A DNA stretch of 64,000 bases. It comes from Octopus vulgaris. Lineage: Eukaryota. The stretch is taken from positions 151,404,001 through 151,468,000 of the forward strand of contig OX597816.1 in NCBI GenBank assembly GCA_951406725.2. Direction: 5' to 3'. The position numbers were made by a program, and so were the translations under genes. Under the pieces are notes generated by a model. That model was not told where the DNA came from. It saw only the letters and a program-made list of their open reading frames with translations, and did no database searches. This document shows, piece after piece, positions 1-13,422 of this stretch; positions within the stretch are counted from its first letter, which is position 1, and each line of letters opens with the position of its first letter.

Positions 1-253
1 ACACAGAGCAAGGCCGTTCTTTATGTCCAAAGGTGTGTACACCTGCTGGGTTGAAAATCCATTATGGGAGAAGCACAAAAGAAGAGCTGCTGTTAATATG
101 ATTTTTGACCAAACTATGTGCTAAATTGTCATTAATTTTTTTAAAAATCAGAACTTGGTATTTATCTGAAGATTGATGGTAGACAGGCTACAGGGTCATG
201 CCTCCAATGAGCAAGTGATTATACTCAAAATAAAGTCAACAGCCACAATATAT

Positions 254-256
<3 letters not shown>

Positions 257-303
<47 letters not shown>

Positions 304-325
304 GTGTGTGTGTGTGTGTGTGTGT
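257..325. repeat. (TA)n/(TG)n compound microsatellite
   Basis: Direct reading of dinucleotide runs. Confidence 0.95.
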
Positions 326-990
326 ATGTTTGAGTGTATTTATGCATATATATTGTATATACGTACATAAACTTAATCTATGTATGTTGTTTTAATTCCA
401 GGACTTGCAACAAAATTTGAAACCTACTCTAGATTTCCTTGATACTCGTTTGGAACAGTCCAGCTTAGCTTGCTGGGAAGGAAGCTTAAAACAGTCTCCT
501 CTTTGGTGATCCATTCTCTGTTAACATATACATTCATATCCATGTTGTTTATCAAACCTCACCCTACATATTTTTCATCCGTTTTCCTTGATAACATGGG
601 AGATGGTTTCCACAAATTTGTACATTTGCATGATATTGACATTAAAATGCATTACAATTGGATGCATTTTCTAGCACTACCCACTCAACTATTCAATGTG
701 TATGGGGATGCTTTATCCCCTGGTACACTGAGGTAAGCATGAGCATGACACAATGGGTGTAGTAGGATTTAAACTGAATGATAGCAAGTAACCCAAAATT
801 TTTATCTCACAGTCATTATGTCTTTTTATGGCAGTAAAGAAAAACTGATGTAAAATGATGAGATGGATGATGATGATATACACACAAAATGTGTGAATAT
901 CTATATGTCTGACTGACTGACTGACTGTCTGTCTGTCTATATATATACATACACATTTGTGTGTGATATAATATATATAGCTCACATAAA

Positions 991-1024
<34 letters not shown>

Positions 1025-1339
1025 CACACAAATGCATATGTAAATATATATATATATATACACACAAATGCATATGTAAATATATATATACATGTGTGTA
1101 TGCATTCATGTGCATGTATAAATAAGTTATATATATAAGTGTATGTATCTATAATATGAATATATATGTATGTGTGTGTATACAATATACATAAGTATAT
1201 TGTATGCATATGTATATTATGTATATTCAAAACATGACTATGTTCTAATATAATCTTTTTTGATTAAAGTTCTTTTGTTTATCAGACCCTAATAGTTTGT
1301 TTGGAACATTAAAGTTCCTATATATATATCATTACCAAT

Positions 1340-1560
1340 GTTTCCAGACTATCTCAGTCTTTTCGTTAGGATGGAAAATAGTTTTGGTTTTTGTATTGCC
1401 CTTTTAACAGTGGGTGGCTTGTCTTTATATAGCCTTTCCTTCCAGAATTTGTTAGAGTATTGCATCATCAGATTTGCATTTATGTCAGGTAAATGTTGTT
1501 GCCTTTTAGCATTGCTTCCATAAGCAATCATCTATTACTGGGGAGAATTTCTAAGATTTT
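1340..1560 (-). mobile_element. Possible decayed Penelope-like ORF fragment (RT to GIY-YIG linker)
   Basis: Minus-strand peptide LPDINANL...LYKDKPPTVKRAIQKPKLFSILT loosely resembles the PLE linker; weak, by-eye similarity. Confidence 0.3.
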
Positions 1561-2579
1561 TTGTTAATATTTTCCTGTCCATTTTGTTTTTTGTTGTTTG
1601 GTATAGTGTGTGTACTATTCTTTGTTTTAAAAGCATGGTGAGCCTACAAGAGAATGCTGTAAGTTAATGTTTTATTCTAATCAAAAACTTGCAGACATGA
1701 TGATTCCAACTTTATAGTGGACCAAACAAGTACAACACCCACTTGTATGCTCACCATGATTTAAAATAGAGAGCAGTTGTTTCACATCATAAAACAAAAC
1801 TAGTTGGGAAAATATTAACAGAAAATACTTCCATAATTTTTTAGATTTCTCCATAGTAATACATAACTGATTATGGAAGCAAAATTAATATTACACCACA
1901 AGGCTACAATTAACTTACAATGTACATCACAAATACAGATCTGAAGATGTAAAACTCTAATACTCTAACAATCAAATTCTGATGGGGAGAGCATAACTAA
2001 ACTTAAGATGCTCACCATAAAGGAGGCTGTACAGAAGCTACAACCACTCCATGTTATGAAGAATGATGGTGAGAGTTAGATAGCCATGAGGCATTGATAA
2101 AGATGAGGAAATTTTATTATTCCAAACAAACTATAAGTGTCTAATATGCAAATATGAAAAATGTTTAATAAAAAGTTATTAACACTTAGAATACGATGTT
2201 TTCAGTATAATATGTTGAAATGAAAATAAGTCCCCCATATATACAAGTATATATATATAAACATATTATTCATTTGCTTTTATGTCTGTATTTCCATGCT
2301 AGCATGGGTTAGATGAATATGTTGTCGAGGCATTATTTTACAGTCAGATGCCCTTCCTGACACTAACCCTTGTTTTTCAAGTAAAATAACTCTTATTTCA
2401 CAATGCTTCAAAAGTACAAAGTAAGTGAATGATTTATCGATAGAAGTGCCAGCAGCACCTCTCAAACTTTTGTATAAGTGACTGCAAATATAAGCAAACA
2501 CACACACACACAAACATGCACATATATATGACGGGTTTCTTTTCTTTTTCTGTCTGTCAGATTGACTCACATAGCTTCA

Positions 2580-2685
2580 GTTGGTCAAGGGTTATAGTAG
2601 ATATTTGCCCAAGGTACAGTGCAGTAGGACCGAACCTGAAATCACAAGGTTTGGAAGTGAACTTGTTATCCTCAATTACAGCACA
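2580..2685 (-). mobile_element. tRNA-derived CORE-type SINE head (OR-like), degenerate
   Basis: Reverse complement GCTGT...GGTTCGGTCCTACTGCACTGTACCTTGGGCAAATATCT matches the head of the copy at 22361. Confidence 0.65.
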
Positions 2686-3189
2686 TGTATTAGTTTAGAG
2701 CTCAATTTATTACACCCCCATACATACACTCATAGGAATGTATTAGTGTTTATACATATATACATACGTATGCATGTATTTCAGCCTCACAGAGGTGGTG
2801 ACAAAAGACTGAGACAATTGGTGATTTACTGTGCTTGAGAAGACCTGCCCAGCTTAATAAAACCAAGGCTATAAAAGCATATCCTTTATGTCCATGTCCT
2901 TCACCTCCTGCACATAATCTATCCCCAAACAAACCTCCCATGCTCACGATGTGCTGTATTCCCCTACTCTACCTCACATACCTACTGGCACATACTATGT
3001 CCCCTTGAATCTCTTCCCCATAACATATTCTCCCAATACCCCCTCCCATACCTGTGCCCACTCATTACACCCCCCTCCATCTACCACTCATTTTTCACAA
3101 TCTCCAGAACTCACCCTCTTCAGTCCCTGGTCCACTCACCATCACCACCATGTTCTCTCTCACTCTCTCCACTTTCTCCCACCTGGGGC

Positions 3190-3406
3190 AGCCATGTTTC
3201 ATCTGTAATGCAAGACTCCTCAGTTGATGGGTCTTGTCTCGCAAGTTACTTAGTGACTTCACTGCTGCTGGTGCTATGTAAAAAAGCACCCGGTACACTC
3301 TGTAAAGTGTTTGGCAAGGAAGTGCATCCAGCTATATTTGCCGGTTCCTGTGGAACTATCCAACCCATGCCAGCATGGAAAACAGACATTAAATGATGAT
3401 GATGAT
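3190..3406 (+). mobile_element. SINE 3' part ending in (GAT)n tail
   Basis: AAAAAGCACCCGGTACACTCTGTAAAGTG...CCAACCCATGCCAGCATGGAAAACAGACATTAAATGATGATGATGAT. Confidence 0.6.
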
Positions 3407-4009
3407 AGGCTATAATGACTATTGAGTAAAATGCATATAGAGTTAAATAATAAAGATGAAGAAAACAGATTAATATAATTACTTCATTCTTTATTTGTGT
3501 TTCAGTAATATCTTAGAGATGACTATTACACACAATGTTGTGCCGGAGGGGCGATGCATGCCCTGCACGCACACAAGGATAAAATAAAATTTAATTTGAT
3601 AAATATATTCTCAGGCGAATTCATATTTCAACAAAATGACAGGAAGAGTTATTTTCCCTGCTTATTGTTTATGTATATATAACAGAGGGGAAAAAAACAT
3701 TTGATTCACTCGTCCATCAGTTTTGAAAATAATCAAACCAAAATTTAATGACTTCAAGCTACTCACCCAATGAGTATTTCTGCCAAATTTGGTGAAAATC
3801 CCTTCAGCCATTTTCCAGTAATTTTGCAAACACATAGACAAGACAAACAACTACAATACTCTGCTTTTGCTCATGTGTGCAGGGTAATAATTTTATAATT
3901 CACCACACAAGGTATTTAGTGTAGTTAGAAGAATTGTGGTAAGGGGACAAACAAAAAGACAATGTGAACTGTAGCCCACTATATCTATATTCAAGTCACT
4001 CAAACATTA

Positions 4010-4350
4010 TCTCCCAGGACTTACTCCTATACTCCTACAATTTCTCACTCTTTATAGGGATATACTCTGACATTTGGAAATACTCTTTAGTATGTTTCAT
4101 TCGAAAGAAAGCTGACATCTTTGACCAGGGTAAGCAGTGTCCCATTACTCTCTTTCTGAACATTGTTCAGATAACTGTGATAGCCATTAACAATAGTTCT
4201 TACTCCTAAAATGTCTCTCTCTCTCACAACTGATCACTAGTATGGCTTCTATTGAGCCAGATCCACTGCTGACCTCTCCTGTTGTAATCACTAGTAGGTT
4301 CTCACTTTAGAGAAGTTCATCAAAAGCAATGTTAACTGTCTCTAAGGTAT
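4010..4350 (+). mobile_element. Decayed CR1/Jockey-group LINE RT fragment
   Basis: GIYSDIWKYSLVCFIRKKAD...CPITL then (frameshifted) DH*YGF..ARSTADL resembles the GxFPxxWK..PIxKKGD..NYRPISL..QYGFR..RST motif. Confidence 0.6.
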
Positions 4351-4465
4351 TACTGAAACATTTAAAGAATGAAGTAATAAAATTAAATCTCTTGTTTTCT
4401 TTTATTTAAGCAGTGTGTTTGTGTATACGGACATATATATGTATAAATACATTAACACACCATCA

Positions 4466-5070
4466 TAAATGTTTATTGGAAGTGCAAAGAACCTAGTACA
4501 TTCTTCATGGTTGATGTTAGGACCTCCAATCATTGAAACCATGTTAAAGCAGATAATAGAACATAATGCAGTCCTGCGAGTCCTTAGATCCTGTCAGACT
4601 GTCCAACCCATATTAGTGTGGAAGGTGGGTATTAAATAATGTTGATTATACACACTAGACATGTGCTTGTCTTGCCAGACCAAAAATCTGCGCCTGGAAA
4701 GTAAATGTTGACAGAACAGTTTCTGCTGTGACTGCAGAAACACACATACAGGTGACAGTCCTGGCTACAATTACTGTGCTTGAAGGTGTTGTCTGCCAGT
4801 CATGTCTTGGTGCTGTTTTTCAGTTGATTTTCCTTTACTTCTTTTTTCTCTTTTTCTTTTTAAACCTTTGTCTATTTCCAGTCTCTTCTGGTTGTGATCA
4901 CTAACAACATTCTCCCACCTTTCAAATGTTCATGTTTTGAAGTCCACCCATATGATGTGTAGTGGAGGAGTCATTAAACTAGGATGAGCCACAACTTCAC
5001 TGTTGGTGATTCACATATGCGCACACTCACATATTGTACAGTTCAAGTTGACTGGGTCTCCAGGTTTTAC
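4466..5070 (-). repeat. Copy 1 of ~0.6-kb local duplication (degenerate RTE 3' end plus SINE tail)
   Basis: Colinear with 6560-7188 at high but imperfect identity; minus strand encodes WE...F..SNCSQDCH...SHSRNCS like the RTE C-terminal zinc finger at 56301. Confidence 0.85.
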
Positions 5071-5995
5071 ATTTTGGTTTATTCAACTAGTGAACTTGAT
5101 CTTTATAAATTTGACACCACTCTCAATACAGGCACCTTTAGTAAACGTGTTGTTATTCTTAAACAAGCTTTAAAATAATAGTCTTATACCTACAATTGCA
5201 CATACATACAACTGTACATGTGCACACACAAATATATATACATACACGTACACACATATACTTTTATTTGTATATCTATCTCTTTATTTATCTAAATATC
5301 TATGTGTGTTTATGTGTGTATGTATAGTGTACTGTTCTGTTATTTGTGGATATGCATTCACAAATTCATACATTGTGTGTGATGACTAGTTCTGAACAGT
5401 AACTTAAATTAGTAACTTTAAATTTATTTTTATATCTTTTTTTTTTTGTTTCACACCTATTTAGAATCCTGGGAATGTTTGTTGATCATTATTGATATTT
5501 TTGTTAACTGTATAAATCTTAAAAAGTGAATTTGCTTTTATTGTAAAATATTCTTATTTTAACCAATTATATTTTGTCCCTATCAGTTATTTATCTATTG
5601 AAAAAAAAAAGTAAAAAGAAAAACGAGGTGTTTTTGAAAATTAATTAATCATTGAGTAAAGCTTCATTATCTGTGAAATCTTATATTAATTCTACTTTGA
5701 CAGTTTATATTTTTGACTTCCAATGTGACGAGTGCCATAGTGGTAAATTCTTTGGCAGGATAAATTAGTGATCTGGTTTTGATTCTGTATTCGAACCATT
5801 TCACTTCATTTATGTTTCTAATTAAAAAAAAAAAAGAAAAAGAAAAAAAAACTGCATGACACACATCCTTGTTTCTCTTAAATAAAATACCTGCTGTTAC
5901 TGTTGCCAACAGTTGATCATATATGTTGGATTTCTTCAATGGAAGCACTAAAGTGGGCTAAATAAAGTAGATGTACACATAAATATCAATTTTAA

Positions 5996-6305
5996 CCCTT
6001 CGCCTGTCCAAATTATTTTCATAAGTTTGTCTTAAATGTCCATCCATACTTGTCTCCAGATGTTTTTTAAAATTTTATTTTATCTAGTTTCAGCTCACGA
6101 GCTGTGGCCATGCTGGGGCATCGCCATTTGTAACTCTTGTTTCATATGTTCTGAGTTATGTTATGCTTTCCTTTCATAAGTCCTAAGTTAAAAGAATTAT
6201 TGGCAGTTGAAAAAATTTAGAATGTGTATCATATCCGATGCACAGACACCGAAGAAATACATCCAGTGTATTACATCCAATGTATCACACAGGACAGGGA
6301 AAGGG
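5996..6305. mobile_element. piggyBac-type MITE with nested SINE-tail fragment
   Basis: TTAA|CCCTTCGCCTGTCC ... GGACAGGGAAAGGG|TTAA, 12/14 TIR match, TTAA on both sides. Confidence 0.8.
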
Positions 6306-6559
6306 TTAAGAGAGATGAAGTAAAATAGTGTTATATAATGTTATATGTAATGTAGAGCTAGTGAAAGCTGATACACAGTGTATTGTCATTCAGAGGAAAC
6401 AAGGAAGGAGGTTTCTGAGTGATAAAATGGTAACAAAGTGACCAATTTACAATTTTGTTTGAAGCAAAGACTTCAGATTTCAAAGGAATGATTTTAATAA
6501 AAGCAGAGCATCATATTGAGAATAACTATTAGTCTGATAGCTACAACCATTTTTAGTTG

Positions 6560-7188
6560 TAAATATTTATTGGAAGTGTAAAGAACCTAGTACATTCTTT
6601 GTGGCTGGTGTTAGGACCTCCAATTATTGAAACCATGTTAAAGCAGATAATAGAACATAATGCAGTCCTGCGAGTCCTTAGATCCTGTCAGACTGTCCAA
6701 CTCATATTAGTATGGAAGGTGGGTATTAAATGATGTTGATTATACACACTAGACAAGTGTTTATCTTGTCAGACCAAAAATCTGCACCTGGAAAGTATTA
6801 TCGACAGAACAGTTTCTGCTGTGACTGCAGAAACACACATATGGATGACAGTCCTGGCTACAATTACTGTGCTTGAAGTTGTTGTCTGCCAGTCATGTCT
6901 TGGTGCTGTCTTTCTGTTGATTTTCCCTTTCTTTATCAGCAAACCTCACCCTCTTTTTTTCTTTTTAAACCTTTGTCTATTTCAAGTCTCTTCTGGTTGT
7001 GATCATTAACAACGTCCTCCCACCTTTCAAATGTTCATGTTTTGAGATCCTCCCATCTGGCATGTAGTGGAGGAGTCATTAAAATAGGATGAGGAATCTG
7101 GGTAAGCCAGAATTTCACTGTTGGTGATTCACACATGCACACACTCACATATTGTATAGTTTAAGTTGATTGGGTCTCCAGGTTTTAC
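6560..7188 (-). repeat. Copy 2 of ~0.6-kb local duplication
   Basis: Same order of motifs as 4466-5070 with scattered substitutions and small indels. Confidence 0.85.
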
Positions 7189-10100
7189 CTTATGTGTAAG
7201 TGTAGTGACATCACTTTGACAGAGTATATATTCAAAGCTATGAATATATTTTTACTCTCTTCCTATCTGTTCCTTATGTTCACAGAGCTGACATTTATAT
7301 AGCATTCATTTTATTAAGCAATATTTATTTTCTTGTTTCAGTATCAAGCAATAATTGTGTTGGATGATATCACTGATAGACTGGAAGTTTTAGTGTTGCT
7401 TAATTGACAATCATGGTAGTAATATATTTTTATTTTTAAAGCCTTTCATGAAATAAGTTACTTTGTTTCCTGAATTAGTGATATATTTAGGATGTTAGAA
7501 TTTCTTCCATTTATGTGAATTACATATTTTTTCCATGAGATTCTATTAATCTTTTTGCTATTTTCCTCATTTTTGTTACAAAAAATAAACATACTTGTGT
7601 TTCAATAATTTTTATGTTTATTTGTAAACATATTAACATATTAGTTTTCTTTATTAAGAACTAGTGACCACTGTGTGGACGAAACCGTTGCTGTTATTGT
7701 TTTGCTCACAGATCAGCTCTAATCAAGTAAATAAAAGGCATTCAGCCATGGCTATTCCTCCCTCATTCTAGAAATACTGCACTTAGCATCATATTCTCCA
7801 TTGTGTCTTAAAACAGTAGAGTATGATTTGAGTAAGGTTTGATTTGTATTTCTGTTAAAGAGAAATTGTTTTTAGTGAATGGTTTAATAAATAGCTTTTG
7901 ATTAGAAAAACATGTGAAGGCATTAATGTGAAATAGATGGAAGAATAATATAAAGATTGTTTTAATGTTTAAGTGAAAAGGAGCAATAAATCTTGAGGAA
8001 ATACCTCAATAATAGATACAGGAGCAATATGAAGGGACTCTAATTTAGAAATGATGTATTTGCTTCATTATTTTGAAACTTGCTTTGTAGATCAACATTT
8101 TTTTTTGTTAAAGATGTTGAAAAAAATGATAATGTTTATATATACTGAACTAATCTAGTCAATTGTTAACTTTCATAGAAGACAGTTTAATATTCTTAAC
8201 AAACAAGGTTAATATTATTTACTTGGGGCCAATGTGTGTAATAAAGTTTTTAACATTATTTTGTCTAAAGTCATTATTTCAACTAAAGAAATGAAAATAA
8301 AAATGCAAGCTAATTAGTAGATATTAATTATTGTTTAATGTCCTATTGTCCATGCTGGCATGGATAAACATAGTTTCATTAATTTATTGTGGATCATTTA
8401 ACACACAGCTTGAGTTGACAAATATCTAGAATTTACCCTCCTAAATTTTTGTGGTATCAAGCATTTGAAAAACATTTCTCTGCAATAGGAATAAAAGATT
8501 TTTTACTATAGGAGAATCTGAATTTAGCACTGCAAACTAAGATTTATTTCTAGATAAAACAATGCTCTTTCTCTCCTGCACATCCACAAGGTACATAATT
8601 ACAGCTAAGATAGCCCAAATTGAATAATTTTAATATCTCAAAACTTTTTTTTTATTATATTCTCATATTTAATTCTATATTAAATATTTTGATAGTTTTA
8701 TCCAAATTTCCATGTAAAAACCCTCTATTTGATAATATATCTATGGAAAATAACAAATTTGTGATTTTGGTGATGAGAAAAATTGCTTCTTGTCTAATGA
8801 AATGGCAAGTATTTTTATCTGTCTGCATATGTGATCATCTGGAAAATAAAATTATTAAATTGTTTATAAATTGTATTTTGTAAAGTTTTGCTCTCCATAT
8901 TGCCAACATGTAAAATTTTGTATTTCTGTATGGTATACTTGACAGTTAATTAAAAATTATCTAAATTTTAATTTCTCTTGGATACATTATTAATCTATAT
9001 TTGTCTAACTGTTTATGCTTTCTTGTATTAACAGCTAATATAGTTTCATTTAACAATACCAATAAAAAGATGTATAAGTTTTGATACGAATTTAATTTTA
9101 ATTACAAGATTTGATCACCATTGAATAGCATTTCAAGTTGATAAAGGGTTGTTAAAAACTGTAATCCACTATATGAGCCTTTAACAGAGTTATGTTTTTT
9201 GATTCTCAAGAATGATTATTTAATATAAAGTTTTAAGTACCTTAATAAAATGTAAATTCTAAGTAAATTTTGATTAAGCATAAACTGAACTTTACGCATC
9301 AACTGTTTGATGTGGTTCTTATCATAACTTTTACTTCTTGGCCTGAAGTAGTTATTTTGTGTTAGTTACCCATTTTCTTTTACAATACTTGAAATTTGTA
9401 TGGCTAGGTAACAAAATGCTTATAAGTTACATAGTACATCACTCCATCTTCCTTACCATAGCAGTCTGTATTCATTTAAAACTAGGTGGCTTAAATTAAG
9501 TGTTTGGATCATAGATACAGTAGAAGTAATGGACATGTAACTCCAATATTTTGAATGGAAATCTATAAGAGACTATGATTTTAGCAATTCTGATTTAAAC
9601 TAAAGATATTTTACTTCCTGGTGTATTTCTTCAGACTTTTAGCCAATTATTAGAGAAATAAAACTAGTAAGAGGAAGCTTCAATATGGTCTGAGCTTCAA
9701 AGAACAATGAGTAAGAATTGTGTGCATGTGCACGCATGCACATAGATACCTGTGTATGTACACACATATACACACAGACACACATAAAGTTCTGCTATGA
9801 GGAGAGGTGAGTTCTGGCAGTGACATTTAGATTAAAGCAAAAGTTTTTACATTAATGTTTATTCATCAGTAAAAATTTTGTCAAGAAATATAAAAATATA
9901 ACTTTTTATCTCTACAGGATATACCTCTGACAATTTAAACAAGTTAAATCAATTAACAATGCTTACTTAATGAATCTGAAATTACTTAGAATGAAAGGAT
10001 CATTTAGACATGCAAGAAGTACAATTAATTGCTACAGCATGGTCCAACATACACTAACACTAACAAGAGCTCTTTTTTTTTAATAAATAGTGGGGGACAG

Positions 10101-11079
10101 ATTGAATAATAGAATTTTAGATACATTATGCCCGAAGGGTAAAAAGGTTTGTTGTTGATGACTGCTTGACTGGTTGTGTTCCTAATTCTGTTTGACTGAA
10201 GCTGACTGAGGACCACAGAATAACAATAACCAATGCACATATACAATGCCCTGGAATATACTTACTATTATCTTTTTTGCCAAGTACCGATAAACCAAAA
10301 GTGGCACTGGGAGGTACACAACCTTACTAAACAAGCTACTTCACCTTTGCTACTTCTACAACGGTTACCATTATGGCTAGTAGTATTTTGGTGTGCATTA
10401 TCTTCCTTAACAAGAAGTACACTACATCTAGAATTTCGGATCTAATCTCACCTACTTGCAACAGATTTTCTTAATCCCAGCCAACATAGGCTATAAAATA
10501 TTACCAACATTTTCGCAGTGAGCTGGCTGAATCGTGAGAACATCGAATAATGGGCCTTATTTTGTTACTTCTGATTTCAGAGGTTGCTGAAGTGAATTTT
10601 TACCCCACATTTTTCCAGAATTGATAAAATCAGTGGCAGTCATGTACAAAGTTTAATATAGTCGACTGTTCTCTGTGCAGAAATGTGTTAACGTATCTAG
10701 TGGGAGTTACTTCCCTTGCACTAAATATAAAGTTGCAATTAAAATTACCTCCCTTGCATTGTTACACCTTTATTCCCACACTATATTTTTTAGACATAGA
10801 GTTGTCTTCCTTACATCCATCATTAAACCAAATTCTAACAAATATGTCTTTTGCATAGCGTTGCCTCCCTTGTACTATAAAAGTTCATGAGCTTCAGAGA
10901 AACAAGTTCTCGTTAGTCCGATTGTTGTAATTTTATTTATTGGTTTAAATTACTCAAACAACTAAGATCAATATAATCAGTTATAGTTTCTTCAAAATGT
11001 GTGCTCGTGTGGAAAATTTAGAAATCATTATTGTTGTTGCTGAAAACTTAGTAGAGTGTTTCATTCCGTAAATCGTTAG

Positions 11080-12053
11080 AGAAAATTAACTGAACTATTA
11101 CGGTTAGTGTTGCCTTTCATTTCTCCGGAGTTGGTAAAATAAAGTAACCTCATAAGTACAAGGGTTCAATGTAATTCATTAAAACCTTCAACCCCGCCAA
11201 AATTGTTGACCTTGTGCCAAAATCTGAAACAATTTATATTATCATTCTTCTTCTTATCATCATTATTCAAATTCCACCGACTTCGACTTTGCTTTTCATC
11301 CTTTCTGGGTCGATAACATAGCTACTAGTCAAGTACTGAGGTCGATATCATCGACTTATCCCACTCCACGAAATTACTGGCTCGTGCCAAAATTATTGTT
11401 GTTGTTGCTGTTGTTATTAATATTACTAAGGCGGTGAGCTTGCGGAATCGTTAGCATACCGGGCAACATGCTTAGCGGTATTCTGCCCGTCTTCATGTTC
11501 TGAGTTCAAATTCCGCCGAGGCCGACTTTGCCTTCCATCCTTTCGGGGTCTATTAAATAATTACTAGCTGAGCACTATGGTCGATGTAATCGACTTATCC
11601 CCTCTCGCAAACTTGCTGACCATTTGCCAAAATTTGAAACCATCATCATCATCATTATTATTATTAATTAATTAATTTATTTATTTTGTTTCTGTACATT
11701 CTAAGTTCATATCCCATCGAGGTCAAGTATGCTCTTCATCCTTTCAGGGTCGTTAAAATGAAAACACCAGTCAAGACTGGAGTTGATGATATCGACAAAC
11801 GCAATCCTCTCAAAATTCTTAGCCTTGTACCTAAACCCGAAGCAATTACTGAGTTGGCAGAATCTTTAGCACGCTGGGCAAAATGTTTTAGCGGCATTTC
11901 GTCCGTTTTCGTGTTCTGAGTTCAAATTCCGAGATTGATTTTTGCCTTTCATCCTTTCGGAATTCGATAAACTAAGTACCAGTTCAATGCTGGGGTCGAA
12001 GTATTCAACTCACCCACTTCCCCGAAATTCCTGGCTATGGGTCACAATTTGAA

Positions 12054-12104
<51 letters not shown>

Positions 12105-12310
12105 GCCGCCGCCGCTGCCGCTGCTGCTGCTGAAAAGGGTGACAGCGCGGAAGATGATTCATTGGAAAAATGCATTTAAATATTTAGTTATTCGATTTCG
12201 ATTTTTCGTTCTTCTTGGATTTGATAAATAACATTTTGTCAAATACAGTAGTAGATTGTTATTAGCTGCCCCCTCTATACTGATAAGCTGTGATCTTGTG
12301 CCAAAATAAG
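11080..12310 (+). mobile_element. Cluster of same-orientation Nin-domain-like tRNA SINE copies of different ages (best copy 11430-11640)
   Basis: Repeated GAGTTCAAATTCCGCCGAGG..GACTTTGCCTTTCATCCTTTCGGGGTC motif with ATT/ATC/CTA tails. Confidence 0.8.
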
Positions 12311-13150
12311 AATAAGACATCATTATTACACCCTTCACCTACATACATCTATATCTTGTGCCTAAATAATCAATATTTCAACGAACATAGGAATTGTAGT
12401 GGTTACTTATAAATAGGTGGCTTCAACTATTTGAGAATTATTTTGTTCATGGGACACGTCGCAATGCTGGTATTGGAATATAGACTAAAAGGTCATTGTA
12501 ACTTCAGTCTGACACCTTATTGACTCAATAACTGTTTTAAGAAAAGAAGGAAATATATATTTCTGCAACGTCCTATCACGAGTTGTCAAGGTGACCTTCG
12601 TGTAAATAACGGTTTCTTACGTAGTTACGAAACCTGACAGTTTTAACGGGTTGTAAATTGAGATATTATGATGTTCTTGTCATTCTCAAAGGGCATAAGT
12701 GACCCAAAATAAAAGGAAACTGGCTTCATCCGACAAGAGTCGCAGGCTGGGTGCGCCGGGTTAATAATAAACTCCAACCATAGTTGTTACTACTGTAACG
12801 ATAAGGATAAGGATAATGACAATGGTAATGATAAAACCGGTGGTGGTAGTGGTGGGAAGGTGGTTGTTGATGATGATGATGATGATGTTTGATGATCAGC
12901 TTCGTTGAAAAATATATAACATTGGAATAAAAATGTAAAATCAAATTTGGTGTGTACACATGTATTCACACACATTTGCCTGAGCAACATTTGTTTGACA
13001 TGCGAGTCGAGATGGTTTGGGACTAAAACAAAAGTAGTAAACACACACACACACACACATACACACACACACACCGTTATATTCCCTTTTACTTTATCAT
13101 TTTAAGTTATTTATCCAAGACCTGGTCACCGGCACTTTTTAGCAGCGCAT

Positions 13151-13191
13151 GTATGTATGTATGTATGTATGTATGTATGTATGTATGTATG

Positions 13192-13224
<33 letters not shown>

Positions 13225-13422
13225 GTGTATGTATGTATGTATGCGTGTATGTATATATGTATGTGTGAATGTACGTATGTACGTACGTATGTATGTATGT
13301 ACCTACGTATGTATGTATGTATGTATGTATGTATGTATGTATGTATGTGTGTATCTATATATGTATGTGTGTATGTATGTATGTGTGTATGTATGTATAT
13401 GTGTATGTATGTATCTATGTAT
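13151..13422. repeat. (TATG)n microsatellite, imperfect
   Basis: Direct reading. Confidence 0.95.

Noticed and set aside
9635-9970. Candidate host exons (9635-9710 and 9918 onward)
   Set aside because: Splice-like signals are present, but the first has stops in all frames and the second gives only a short unrecognisable peptide.
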